In this document: piece after piece, positions 37,401 through 49,235 of the stretch
Layout: each line of letters begins with the position of its first letter
Position numbering within the stretch: the stretch's first letter is position 1
NCBI GenBank assembly: GCA_030390025.1
Contig: CM059431.1
Coordinates: 116,624,001 to 116,688,000 of the forward strand
Direction: 5' to 3'
DNA from: Squalus acanthias
Taxonomy: Eukaryota
DNA: 64,000 nt
The notes under the pieces: model-generated
What the model saw: the letters and a program-made list of their open reading frames with translations, nothing else
Told to the model about the DNA's origin: nothing
Database searches by the model: none
Program-made: the position numbers and the translations under genes

Positions 37401-38236
37401 GATGGATTGATTACTATCTCTGGTTCCCTTCTACCGTTTGAGTCGTAGCCGTCTGTTCCCAAAACTACTCAGAGCGTGGAGCAGGTCCAGTTGATTAAAT
37501 TGACGTAAGAAAACTACTGGGCACTTGGTCTAAGCATTAAACAAAGCTTTAATCAACTGCTTTTCAACATGGAGATCCAGTTGTGTCCTTCACTAGTTCC
37601 TGTTGAGGAATGTCCTCAGCAAGCTGGGCCCATGCCCGAGTATTATACTCTCCCTGGACAGCGCCACCAGCAGGCCGTCCAGTATTACTTCATACATGAA
37701 TGACAAGATTCATGTCAGGCCCCATTAGCGCAAAGTCGATTTCTGCAGCAGGATGGGAGCACGAACGGTGACCCGCCAGGCCGACTGCCCGCACCCGACC
37801 CACCCAGGTAAAGAAAATTCCAGCCAATCTGTGAAGTGCTTTGACATGTTGCGACAAGGAGTTATGTAAATATAGTTCTTTCTTCTTTATACCAAAGTGT
37901 GCTTCTGCTATTGAATTTTTGTGAGCTCTTTTGCATAGAAATGAAGCATCTAAGTAAACTGGCACTGCTCATAATAGTTTTGGCAAAGTCAGCATCACAC
38001 TATTCTATTCACAGGTGCTTCAGATTATGGGCTAATTACCTTACTCATTCAGATTATCAGTGATGGGTCTGAACACACAATTCTTTTCGATTGCTGTACA
38101 CTAATTAAATCAGAAATAAAATATTCCATTTAGAGATAAGAATCTCTTCCCTGTGTTTGGACTATAGAGAAGGGTCATATATGGATAAGGGTTAAAATAA
38201 ATACCTCATATAGCACTGATCAAGCTTCAACAACTC

Positions 38237-38922
38237 CATTTACCAGAAATGGCAATAGTAATGCACCCGTAGGGACATCGGAAATGCCGGTTTCAGGCAT
38301 TCAGATCGGACGCCTGCCCTAGAGAAGGGTCTCTGCGGGGGGGAGAGTTCCGCTTTCTGCAGAACCTCCGCCCACTGAAAACACTTAGAAATCTTACGCC
38401 TGGTAAAAGCAGACGTAAGGCCTGCTTTTACCAGCATAAGAGTTGAAAAAAGTAAAAAAATATATATTTTTTTCACTCATTTATAATTTAAAAATACATT
38501 TAAAAAAGGTAAGTTTATTTTTTAGCCCCGTTAAAAACGTTAATTATTTTTTTCAAAAAATTAAATTTTTGTTTAAAATATTTAATTTAATGTAATTTTA
38601 AAAACGTGATTTTTAAATTTTTTATTTATTTAATGTTTTGATGTGTTTTTGGGGTGATCTCCATTCATACTTTTGACGGGTCTATCTGTCAAAAGTATGA
38701 AGGGAGATTCCTTTCTCCTATTGGCTAGCCTGGCCCACATGATCCCAGGGACGCTTGCGAACCACATGCGCCCCTGGGATACGTGGGCCCTGCACATTTC
38801 GACTGTGGAGAGGCCCAGGAGCGGAAGTGTCTGGACCTCGGGAGCCCTCGGGTAAGTGCATCGATTTTTTTCCGATAGGAGGCATCCGCACGCAGGAAGC
38901 CTCCTATCGGAAATTACGGTCC
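38237..38922. mobile_element. Probable Harbinger-type MITE with AT-rich core, left end eroded
   Basis: GC-rich arms around a very AT-rich centre (38450-38640); right end ggaaattacggtcc. Confidence 0.4.
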
Positions 38923-38961
38923 AATATTATACAATGGTTAGCTCAGTAACTATGATGTTTA

Positions 38962-39172
38962 AGAACATAATAAATTGGAGCAGGAGTAGGCCATACGGCC
39001 CCTCGAGCTTGCTCCGCCATTCAATAAGATCATAGCTGATCTTCGACATTAGCTCCACTTCCCTGCCCAATCCCCATGTCCCTGAATTCACTTAGAGTCC
39101 AAAAATCTATCGATCTCAGCCTTGAATATACTGAACGACTGAGCATCCACAGCCCTTTCGGGTAGGGAATTA
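38962..39172 (-). repeat. CR1 3' end fragment
   Basis: ggagcaggagtaggcc...gctccgccattcaataagatc. Confidence 0.75.
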
Positions 39173-39359
39173 TAAGAACAGTTTAACATGGCAAAGCACC
39201 ACAGAATGTTAGTTTTTGACTGATTTTAAAATTTTTATTTTAAAATGCTGTGCAACTGGAAGCTGCAGAGACATTTGAGATCACGATTCGTGGTTTTGAT
39301 GCCATCTCTGCTCTCCGGGGAGAAATAGTGAATTGTTAGCACTTCATGTTCTGTACTTG

Positions 39360-39800
39360 CAAACTTACATTCATAGATGCTGAAGAAGTTGTCAGTGAGT
39401 CACAATCAAGTGGATTTTGAACTGTTGCCTGATCATTATGTTTGTGATGAACCCGCAGTTCAGGATGATTACATTTGGCATGGTTTTCACCATTTGATAG
39501 GGCTGCATTCATTCAGAAGAAGATTATTGATCTTGTTCATGAGAGTCATTATTGTAAGAATAAAGCAAAGATATATCAATTCCCTAGAACCAACGCTCAC
39601 ATCAAAGAATGTGTTACTTGTAGACAGTGGTACGCTTACAGGTACTCATACAGAACTACTTCACCGTGCTTCTCCCTAAACACTGCATGAGTAAAAGTTG
39701 CCATGTTGAGACCTTTTGAATTTGTGTCACATGATTGGCAATATGCAATAACAATCATGGACTACTATAACAAGTAACCTGAAATTACTCTATTTTCACA
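39360..39800 (+). pseudogene. Ancient Gypsy integrase zinc-binding region remnant
   Basis: QKKIIDLVHESH...HIKECVTCRQ (H-H-C-C spacing). Confidence 0.55.
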
Positions 39801-39940
39801 ACCAGATACAAGCATAGGAGCAAAGACCGAAAAAAAAATAGTAGGGACCTAAGGCCTGCCTACATGCCTTCACTCAATCCACTCAAGCTAACTATCTTGA
39901 CAATAAACTCGAACAAAGTTACCTGACTCAGTGATTCTTA

Positions 39941-40680
39941 GGGGAAAAATTGGGTATAGCCCATTTTGGGGCGCTAACCTCGCCGGGGCACTAATTTTAG
40001 TGCCCCGAAAAAGTTAGTGCCCCCACCCTGTAAATTCTCCAGTAGCACCCCAAGCAGCAGGTGGCGCACTACTGGAAGCGCTCCACCTCCTTCTTGGGGC
40101 GCTACTACTCAACGTCGCAGCGCTACGTGCAGCAGTGCCACACGCGGCGGCACATAGCGCCGTGTCATTGCAGGCCTCTTCCCCTGATTAAAGGGGCCTA
40201 GCGCTGCGTGCACCAGGGACCCTGCTGGACCACCAGGGAGCGGGGTGCCGTGGAAACAGCCCGGCACTCGAGAGGAGTGCTGGGCTGAGCGATCGCGGCC
40301 GACACACCGCATACAAACGTGAAAGGGGGCAGGTGATGGCAGTCAGCCAAAATTAAAATGGCCACCCGACTCCTGCCCTTTAAATTGCGCCGCCTGCTAC
40401 ACCTGCTACAAAACCGCCCCCTGATCCGGTCACACATATCGCCCGGCGATAGGTCAGGGGACGCAAGGGAAGTTTGCGGCCGGGGCGCAAATGGGGAGCT
40501 GCGCAAGACGCTGACGTCATCATCGCCGGAGCAGCGGAGCGGGGCACTACCGGCTACCACCACCGCTAACCTGCCGCTGAATTTCGTGGGAGGCGTCAGC
40601 AGCGTCGCGCCCGGGTGCTCGGGCATTTGCACCCCCGGGGGGCGCTAACGGGAGGTGCAAAGCAACCTAATTTCTAGCCG
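39941..40680. mobile_element. GC/CpG-rich Harbinger-type MITE (family B)
   Basis: GGGGAAAAATTGGGT...ACCTAATTTCTAGCC; subterminal gcgctaacgggagg shared with 41528-42425. Confidence 0.7.
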
Positions 40681-41077
40681 AATAAGTCTCTTGTGAACTG
40701 AAACTTGTGCCTGTATTCTTTGCTGGGTAGGAGCAAACCTAGATTTATCAATGAATCCCAAATCATGGTAAATCGCTTACTGAAGAAAGCGTGGATTGTC
40801 CACCATGTTCTGCCATCTTCTCAGAAGCGAAAAAGAACCACACCAGTAGACCACTGTGTGCTGGCTAACTTGACAGATAACATTATTTACAGAGGTAGAA
40901 AAATGAATAAGATATACTTTGAGCAAAAATAACAGACTTGCATTAACTTAAACTGGGGTGATGGTTTAAACAGATAAAATAGTTCGTTCAGATAATCTCA
41001 GCAAGTCCTTAAAAATACAAGATTGATTTCTTATGGAGCTGCTAGGACCTTAGCACACCATACAGAAAAACGGAACT

Positions 41078-42850
41078 ATAGAAACATAGGAACAGGAGGA
41101 GGCCATTCAGCCTCTTGAGTCTGTTCCGCCATTCAATGAGAGCATGGATGATCTGCGACCTAACTCCATATACCCGCCTTTGGCCCATGTCCCTTAATAC
41201 CTTTGGTTAATAAAAAGCTATCAATCTCTGATTTAAAATGAACAATTGATCTAGCATCAATTGCTGTTTGCGGAAGAGAGTTCCAAACATCTACCACCCT
41301 TTGTGTGTAGAAGTGTTTCCTAATTTCACTCCTGAAAGGTCTGGCTCTAATTTTTAGACTATGCCCCCTAGTCCTAGAATCCCCAACCAGTGGAAATAGT
41401 TTTGTTCTATCTACCCTATCAGTTCCCCTTAATATCTGAAAACTTTGATCAGATCACCCCTTAACCTTCTAAATTCTAGGGAATACAGCCCTAATTTGGG
41501 TAATTTCTCCTCGTAACTTAACCCTTGGGGGGAGAAATTCAGTATCGCCCCATTTGGGGCGCAATTATCGGCCGGACGCAAAGATTAGCGCCTGGCGCTA
41601 ATTATCGCCACCGACTGCAAACTTGACTTTTATCGCCCCTGGAGGTGATTGGAGCGCTAAATCAGGCACTTCACACCTGTCTTAAGGCGCAAAGGCCGAT
41701 GAGCGAGGCGCTACCTCAGAGCGCTGGCGAAGCTCATGTGATGTCAGTCAGCAATGGAACACACACACAATGGCACCGGCCAGTTCTTAAAGGGGATGGT
41801 TGATCTTGCTTTCCATCTACATCCTGCTCATTGCAGCCTTGAATCCCGGCCTGGAGAGACCTGCACATCAAATCTGCTGGAAAGAACAATGGAGAGTACC
41901 AGGGAAAGAGCTTAGAGTGCAGCCCCAACAGTCTCTTCTAAATCGATACAAGGAATGGCAAATCAAAATGAACCTGCAAAGTGCTGCTCAGTACCCAATA
42001 CTCCTTCACAGAGCCTTGAATCTCTCCAGAAGTCTCTCTCTCTCTCTCTCTCTCAGAATGCGTGGTTCAAAAATGGCACCAACAATAAAAGGCAGGAAGC
42101 GGTCGCCTTTAAATAGCGCTCCCCCAGTCCCTTCCTGACTGCAAAACGCTCCCCTCAACCTGTCGTTGCTAGCGTCAGGCGGTAAGGCAGGGGGCGCCAC
42201 TCAATATCTGCTCCGGGACGATACTGGGGCGTTGCGCACTCGACTGACGTCACGATCTGCCGGCGCAGGAGATCGTGGCGGTAGTGTTTAGCGCCGCCGC
42301 AAAATGTCTAGTTAATTTCGCGAGCGGAGCAAACATCGCCGCGCCTGGGCGCTAGATGCTTTGCGCCCCATTAGCGCCCTCTTAAGGCGCTAACGGGAGG
42401 CGCAACCAACTGAATTTTCCCCCCCAGTCCAGGTATCATTCTGGTAAAGCTACGCTGCACTTCCTCCAAGGCAAATATATCCTTCCTAAGGTGTGATGCC
42501 CAGACCTGCTCACAGTACTCCAGGTGTGGTCTAACCAGGGCTTTGTAAAGCTACAGCATAACTTCTACCCCCTTGTACTCTAGTCCTTCAGATACAAAGG
42601 CCAGCATTCCATTAGCCTTTTTGATTATTTTCTGTATCTATTCATGACATTTTAATGATATATGTACCTGAACCCCTAAGTCTCTTTGGACATCCACTGC
42701 TTTTAGCTTTTTACCATTTATAGAGTCCCCTGTTCTATCCTTTTTAGGTCCAAAGTGGATGACCTCACATTTGCTTACATTGAAATCCATTTGCCACAGT
42801 TTTGTCCATTCACTTAATCTTTGTAATTTTATGCTTTCATCTACACTATG
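41078..42850 (-). repeat. CR1 3' portion, split by MITE
   Basis: Tail at 41078, contiguous reverse CR1 sequence on both sides of 41528-42425. Confidence 0.8.
41528..42425. mobile_element. Harbinger-type MITE (family B relative)
   Basis: TIRs GGGGGAGAAATTCAGT / ACTGAATTTTCCCCC. Confidence 0.8.
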
Positions 42851-44248
42851 AGAGAGTCCCTAGGTTATGAGATACCATTTCCCTTGAAGAGGAAGTGCAG
42901 CCCTTGAAGATGACATCACCCATCACGTTTGATTGAACAATCCCACAAAGCAGCAAAGGCGTATTACTCCACATTGATGCCACCAATCCTAAGTCACAAT
43001 TCGCAATATGTTATCTAATTGTTTGGAATACAGAGCCATCTATATCCAGCAGTTAAGTAACACATTTGAAACCCATTGCCCCAGCCATCAGAAGGGATCC
43101 TGTTATCAGCTGTTTTCCCACCGACTGTCTGCTTCCATTATGTAACTTAGCAGATAGAAAATAGTCTCCATTTTAGATCCAGCTATTTAAAAAAAAGACA
43201 GAAATTTGTCACACTAAAGAGATTTAGGTTCAGCAGACCTTTAAACTAAAATCTGTCAGGAAGCAAAGAAATATTAGTGAGATACTCAATCTGTAATTAC
43301 TATCAATTTGCCAGTTGCAGTGAGACTGACAGCATCTGTTAACATCTATGACATTGGCTCCTTTCAGCCACTGTCTAATGATTGTGCAGTGATCAGTCAA
43401 CTATGTTGCATTGCTTAGAGCAAGTTACAGACACCTTATTCAAGAGACAGATCACTACATGCACATGCCTTGAACAAAGCAGTAGCAAATGGAATTTGAG
43501 CATGTTCCACGACATGGTTGAATTAGCAAAGGACGCTGGGTTCTGTCTACTGCAAGCAAGAACAAACATGGGCAAATATTCACAATATCTTTGCACTCTT
43601 ACAGAGGAAAGCATTTGAATAAATTAATATCCAAGCTTGCTAAATGTCAAAAGTGTAATTACACATGTGTATGCCAATTACTCTGGCCTCTATGCATGAT
43701 TCTTCTAAGCCAATCATTTGTGATATATGAATGTTATAGCTAGCTTTGCACTAGATGGGGGCTAAATTGGGCACTTTGTGTGTGTTTTTTAGATGCTACA
43801 CAGCAACCTAACGCTAGCAAATGGCATCCGAGATGAGCGTGCACACCTCCAATGGGAAGTGCGCAGGACGCCATCTTGGTAAAGGGGTTTGCGCGTGCGC
43901 ACTTAACAACCGCTGGCAACATGCAGAGTAGGCAGACTATGACGTCAATCAGTGTGCAAAGCTGATTTGATGCCAGCACTGCCATTTTCCAACTACACAC
44001 TGCAGCCAACGCCCTGCCTTAACCTTGCATAGCTAAACACGATGTTAAACAGTATGAAGGACCCCCCTCAACAGCGTTCTTTAAAGGGATCATGATCTAT
44101 TTACAGGTTAGTTGCTGAATTATTTCTTCTGGCTGCTGGTGCAATTTTACATGTTTTTGGAGCTTTCCTATACTTGGCTAAAGTTTGAATATTCTACAGG
44201 GAGTGGTCTAGCTTGCGCTGAAACAAGCTGCTTCCAGTCTTTTGTGGC

Positions 44249-45368
44249 ATGGTAGGGCATGACTGGGAATTGAACATGACTGGGAGAATGAAGAGAGGCC
44301 ACGCAGAGCAGGACAAGCTGCTAGAAGAGGGAGGAGGGGGAGAAGGGCTCTGAGCAGGAGGTCGTGTCCACTGAGGGTCTTTAGGGGGTAATTCTCTTAC
44401 CTCAACTTCAGCGAGGACCAATGCTTGAGATGTCTTTGCTTCAGAAAAAAGTTCGTGACTGAAATCTGCCAACTGCTACAGCCACAAATGTGACCTCAAA
44501 GCAGGGCAAGGGCAGCATTGTGTATGGCTCTCAAGGTGACCGTGGCTCTTAACTTTTATGTGTTTGGCAGTTTACAGTACACTCCTGCATAAGGAACGTC
44601 ACTGAGGCTCTCCGTACACAGAGAAATAGTTTAATCTCATTCCCTCTTGCCAGAGACAAGCGGGTGGAGCGAGCACGAGGGCTTGCAAGCTTCCCCATGG
44701 TGCAGGGTGCTATTGACTGCATGCACATTGCCTTTTGTGCGCCTCATGTGAACTCTGCCATTTTCTTGAACCAGAAGGGATTCCACTCCCTCAATGTGAA
44801 GCTAGTATGTGACTACAGGCAGCGCATCATGCAGGTGAATGCCCGTTATCCTGGCAGCAGTCACGATTCCTTCATTCTGCAGCAGTCCTCTGAATTTGGC
44901 CCATCATGGCAAGTCAAAGGCTGGCTACTGGTTGACTAGGGTTATCCACTCATGATATGGCTCAGGACTCCAATCCGGAACCCATGCACACGTGCACAGC
45001 AGGGCTGCAATGAGAGCTATGCTGACATAAAGAAAAGTATAGAGCACACCTTCGGCATCCTCAAGCAACGCTTCCACTGCCTGGAATGCTCTGGTGGAGC
45101 CCTGCAGTACTCAGCTGAGTGGGTATCAAGATTTGTTGTAGTATGCAGCATGCTGCACAACCTTGCCACTATGAGGGACCAGCCCTTGCCATCACCTGTC
45201 AGGGAAGAAGCTAAGGAGCTGGAGCATGAGGTAGAGGCAGAGGAGGAGGAGGAGGAGGAAGTGCAACAGGAAGTGGAAGAACATGAAGAGGAAAGGAGGT
45301 TACAAAGTAGACAGCCCCTTTCTGCCCGGGCTCTACGTGATCAAATAATTCATGCGAGATACCAGTAA
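44249..45368 (+). pseudogene. Harbinger DDE transposase (HARBI1-like)
   Basis: VQGAIDCMHI, KGFHSLNV..VCD, ARYPGSSHDSFIL, GWLLVD*GYP, IEHTFGILKQRF; stops and deletions. Confidence 0.92.
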
Positions 45369-45539
45369 CCTCAACCGGAACTCCCCATTCACCAACAGTC
45401 CCACTCTCCTTACCTTTCCTCTATCACTGACCTTCACATTGTCCTCTTTCTGACAACACAAAAATGAAAACCACCAGAAAATGCACATTGTATTCAAATT
45501 TTATAAATTCAATCATTACATAATGCATAAAAAAATAAA

Positions 45540-46900
45540 CTAATCACCCTTACGCAAACCCTTAGTGCCTGTCTTCTGTGTGCCTTTTCCTGTCCTAGGG
45601 CTCCTACGTGGTGCTTCCCCAATGGCTGCAGCATGGGTGGTGGAAGGCTGCTGACCTTCAATTAAGGAGGCTGCAGGTGGCCTTGGAGGGCGACCTCGAG
45701 CAGCTCGGTGCTTAGAGGTCGCATCTTCAGACTGCACTAACTCTGCCTGGGCTGCAGCAGTCTGGCCTGACAGTCTGACAGGCAACAGCAAGGACACTGA
45801 TAGAGTGGCAGGGATGGGAGCAGGAATGCAGTCATCCTGAGAGAGGACAGCAGGTTAATGCTCCATGGAGCTACTGCCACTCTCCTGGGGCGGTGTCTCA
45901 GCAGTTCTGCTGATCTGTTGGAGAACAGATTGATGGATTGCTGTGATGCCTTTGAAGCCCTGTTGAACAGTTGTATCCTGAGCCACAACGGCAGCAGTAT
46001 AAGCTTCCAAGGCAGCAGTCTGAGCTTCCACTACAGCACTTACACTTTTGATGGAAGCTGTCTGTGCTGCAGTGTAAGCTATTTGTGCTGCAATGCAAGC
46101 TGTGAAATTGGCCATCAGATGCTGCATCATGGTGGGTTCCACAGGTGTGTTGATGGAGGTGACCACCTGTTCCATAAAGGAAAGGATGAGCTCCAAGCTC
46201 TGCGCAAAGCCTTGTGCCAAATTGGTGCTGGACTCCTCCGTGCTCCTTGACATCGTGCATAGGCTTTCTGGCAGGCTTTCCAGTGCACCAAGCATTTGGT
46301 TATGTATACCCAGCAGCCTTCTTCTGTAGCCTGGCCCATCAAAGTCCTCATCTTAGTCCTGTGCAGAAGACCTTGGCCTCCATTGAGCTGGCACTGGCGC
46401 TATCCTTTCCCCCCACACTGGCTCCTATGCATTTGTGTCCAGTATGTCACCACGTACAGATCCCTCCTTTATCCTAGCCTCTAAAATACGCGCAGTATCA
46501 GTATCTGAGCTGGTGGCTGCAAATGTAAGATCGTGTGATGGTGAGTCTTCATCTTCACTGTCTTCTTCCTCTCACTGGGAAGGTTCCAGTTCTTGGCTAT
46601 CTGAAATGAAAAAGGGACAAGGGTTGGGTTGTGGTGAGGGAAAAGGAGAAAGTAAAAAGTGCATGCTTACACAATCTGCAGCTTGTGAGTCAGAAGAGGT
46701 AGTGAGATGATGGAGAAGTGGGATGAGAGAAGGAGGATTAGGTATGCAGATACCCTCATCATTGATCCCTCCAGCCTCGACAGTGGCCAGAGCCTTAGTG
46801 ATGCCCCTTCCCATGATGGCCAGTACTGCCTCTGCCATAGGGGTTAAAACATGCAGGCATTCTTTGCTGCTGCCTCCTGTTATGCACCACCTTCTCCTGC
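45540..46900 (-). pseudogene. Harbinger Myb-protein 3' exons
   Basis: ITGG exon near 46880, acidic linker, Ala-rich coiled coil (45855-46295), basic C-terminus RGRPPR... Confidence 0.65.
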
Positions 46901-48243
46901 AAGAAAGAGGGAAGTGTGGCATTGAGTGTCCTGCAATATGTTTGGGTTATGTGGCTGTCATGGTTGAATAGCTGCTAGTGTGTGCGAGCTGTGAGTTGTG
47001 GGTGCGAGGGTTGCAACAGTGCTAAGTGTTTGAGGGTGAGGTAAACCATATGAATTGAAGAGTTGAGTACTGACTGATAGAGATTGTTGGTCGGTGGGTG
47101 ATGGGGTGTAGAGACTTGAGCAATGGATGGGAGGGAGAGAGAAAACGGGGAACTACAGATGAGTTAGCCTGACATCAGTAGTAGGGAAAATGCTAGAATC
47201 TATTATTAAGGACGTGGTAACAGGGCACTTAGAAAATAATAATAGGATTGGCAGAGTCAATACGGATTTATGAAAGGGAAATCATGTTTCACGAATTTGT
47301 TAGAGTTTGAGGTTGTAACTAGCAGAATAGATAAAGGGGAACCAGTGGATGCGCTGTATTTGAATTTTCAAAAGGCATTCAATAAGGTGCCACACAAGAG
47401 GTTATTAAACAAAATTATGGCTCATGGGATTGGGGGTAAATCTTCTTCTTCTTAGGCAGTCCCTCGGAACCGAGGATGACTTGCTTCCACACTAAAAATG
47501 AGTTCTCAGGTGACTGATGAGTCCAATGCGGGACCTACAGTCTCTGTCACAGGTGGGGCAAACAGTGATTGAAGGGGCGGGTGGGTGGGGTGCTTGGGTT
47601 GACGTGCGCTCCTTCCGCTGTTTGCGCTTGGCTTCCGCTTGCTCCCGGCGAAGAGACTCGAGGTATTCGGCGCCTTTCCGAATGCTTCGCTTCTCTTGTG
47701 CGGTTTTGGGCCAGGGATTCCCAGGTGTCGGTGGGGATGTTGCTCTTTTTCAAAGAGGCTTTGAGGGTGTCCTTGAAGCAAGTCAGCAGAGAGTGCTGTG
47801 AGTTTGGGTAAGTGGGAGTAGCTCTTTAATTGTTAGTTCTCTTTAAATCATTCTTGATAAGAGTACTTAAGCAGTTTAAGTGAAGGAGAAAAGTTAACTA
47901 TTTGGGATTCTGTTGGTTTAAGAAGAGTAAAACAGTTATTGGTTTATCAAAAGAGGAAGAAGAGTAAAACAAGGTTACACTGCAGTAGCAGTAAATTGGC
48001 ACAGCAGGCAGTGGAAACCAGTTTTCTAATCAATCAGCAGGGGTCTAGGTCAGAGGGCGGGGCCAATTCATTGGTACCTGTATATAGGTGGAGCTGTTGC
48101 TAAACCCGAGACACTACACTAGTAGTGTCTCCCACCCTCCCACCTCCTCTAACCTTTAGGGGTAGAGGGAATTTAAAAGGTAGGTTCGATTTATATTTTG
48201 TTTTCAGGGACTTAACTTAATAAAGTAATATAAGGGTTAAGTC

Positions 48244-49188
48244 ATGGCAGGAAATCTCGGAACCGTGTCGTGCTCCTCCTGTGCTATGTGGGAAATCAGG
48301 GACACTTCCAGTGTCCCTGACAACTATGTGTGCAGGAAGTGCGTCCAGCTGCAGCTCCTGACGGACCGCATGGTGGCACTGGAGCTGCGGATGGACTCAC
48401 TCTGGAGCATCCACGATGCCGAGAACTTTGTGGATTACTCATTTAGTGAGTTGAACACACCGCGGGTAAAGGCTAGGTCAGACAGTAAATGGGTGACCAA
48501 GAGGCAGGGCAATATCAGGAAGGTAGTGCAGGAGTCCCCTGCGGTCGTCTCCCTCCAAAACAGATATACCGTTTTGGATACTGTTGGGGGAAATGACCTA
48601 CCAGGGGAAGGCACCAGCAGCCAGGTTCATGGCACCATGGCTGGTTCTGCTGCACAGCAGGGTGGGAAAAAGAGTGGTAGAGCTATAGTGATAGGGGACT
48701 CAATTGTAAGGGGAATAGACAGGAGTTTCTGTGGCCGCAACCGAGATTCCAGGATGGTATGTTGCCTCCCTGGTGCAAGGGTCAAGGATGTCTCGGAGCG
48801 GCTGCAGAACATCCTGGAAAGGGAGGGTGAAGAGCCAGCTGTCGTGGTGCATGTAGGTACCAACGATATAGGTAAAAAGCGGGAAGAGGTCCTACAAGCA
48901 GAATTTAGGGAGCTAGGAGCTAAGTTGAAAAGTAGGACCTCAAAGGTAGTAATCTCTGGGTTGCTACCAGTGCCACGTGCTAATCAGAGTAGCATGAACA
49001 GGATAGCGAGATTAAATATGTGGCTTGAGCAGTGGTGCAGGAGGGAGGGATTCAAATACCTGAGGCATTGGAACCAGTTCTGGGGGAAGTGGGACCTGTA
49101 CAAAAGGGACGGTCTGCACTTGGGCAGGACTGGAACCGATGTCCTCGGGGTAATATTTGCTAAGGCAGTTCGGGAGGATTTAAACTAA
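48244..49188 (+). CDS. CR1 ORF1p (zinc finger, coiled coil, SGNH esterase-like)
   Basis: Intact 314 aa: CSSC/CRKC, IGDSIVR, HVGTND, DGLHL. Confidence 0.92.
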   Translation: MAGNLGTVSCSSCAMWEIRDTSSVPDNYVCRKCVQLQLLTDRMVALELRMDSLWSIHDAENFVDYSFSELNTPRVKARSDSKWVTKRQGNIRKVVQESPAVVSLQNRYTVLDTVGGNDLPGEGTSSQVHGTMAGSAAQQGGKKSGRAIVIGDSIVRGIDRSFCGRNRDSRMVCCLPGARVKDVSERLQNILEREGEEPAVVVHVGTNDIGKKREEVLQAEFRELGAKLKSRTSKVVISGLLPVPRANQSSMNRIARLNMWLEQWCRREGFKYLRHWNQFWGKWDLYKRDGLHLGRTGTDVLGVIFAKAVREDLN

Positions 49189-49235
49189 TATGGCAGGGGA
49201 ATGGGAACCTATGTAGCGAAACAGGGGGAAGTAAT

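Larger units (their letters stand above)
33274..37717 (-). mobile_element. Ty3/Gypsy LTR retrotransposon (Mag-like), complete structure with frameshifts
   Basis: LTRs 33274-33492 and 37501-37717 (TG...CA), 5-bp TSD GGCCC, PPT GGCGGGAAGAA at 33493-33503, gag-PR-RT-RH-IN order. Confidence 0.95.
31088..37825 (-). mobile_element. Non-autonomous PIF/Harbinger element (Myb gene only), interrupted by Gypsy
   Basis: TIRs GGCCGGAATTTT / AAAATTCCAGCC, TSD AAT both sides. Confidence 0.85.

Noticed and set aside
44249..45368. Domesticated host HARBI1 gene
   Set aside because: Has stops/deletions and lies within TIRs beside a Myb partner gene, so it is a transposon copy
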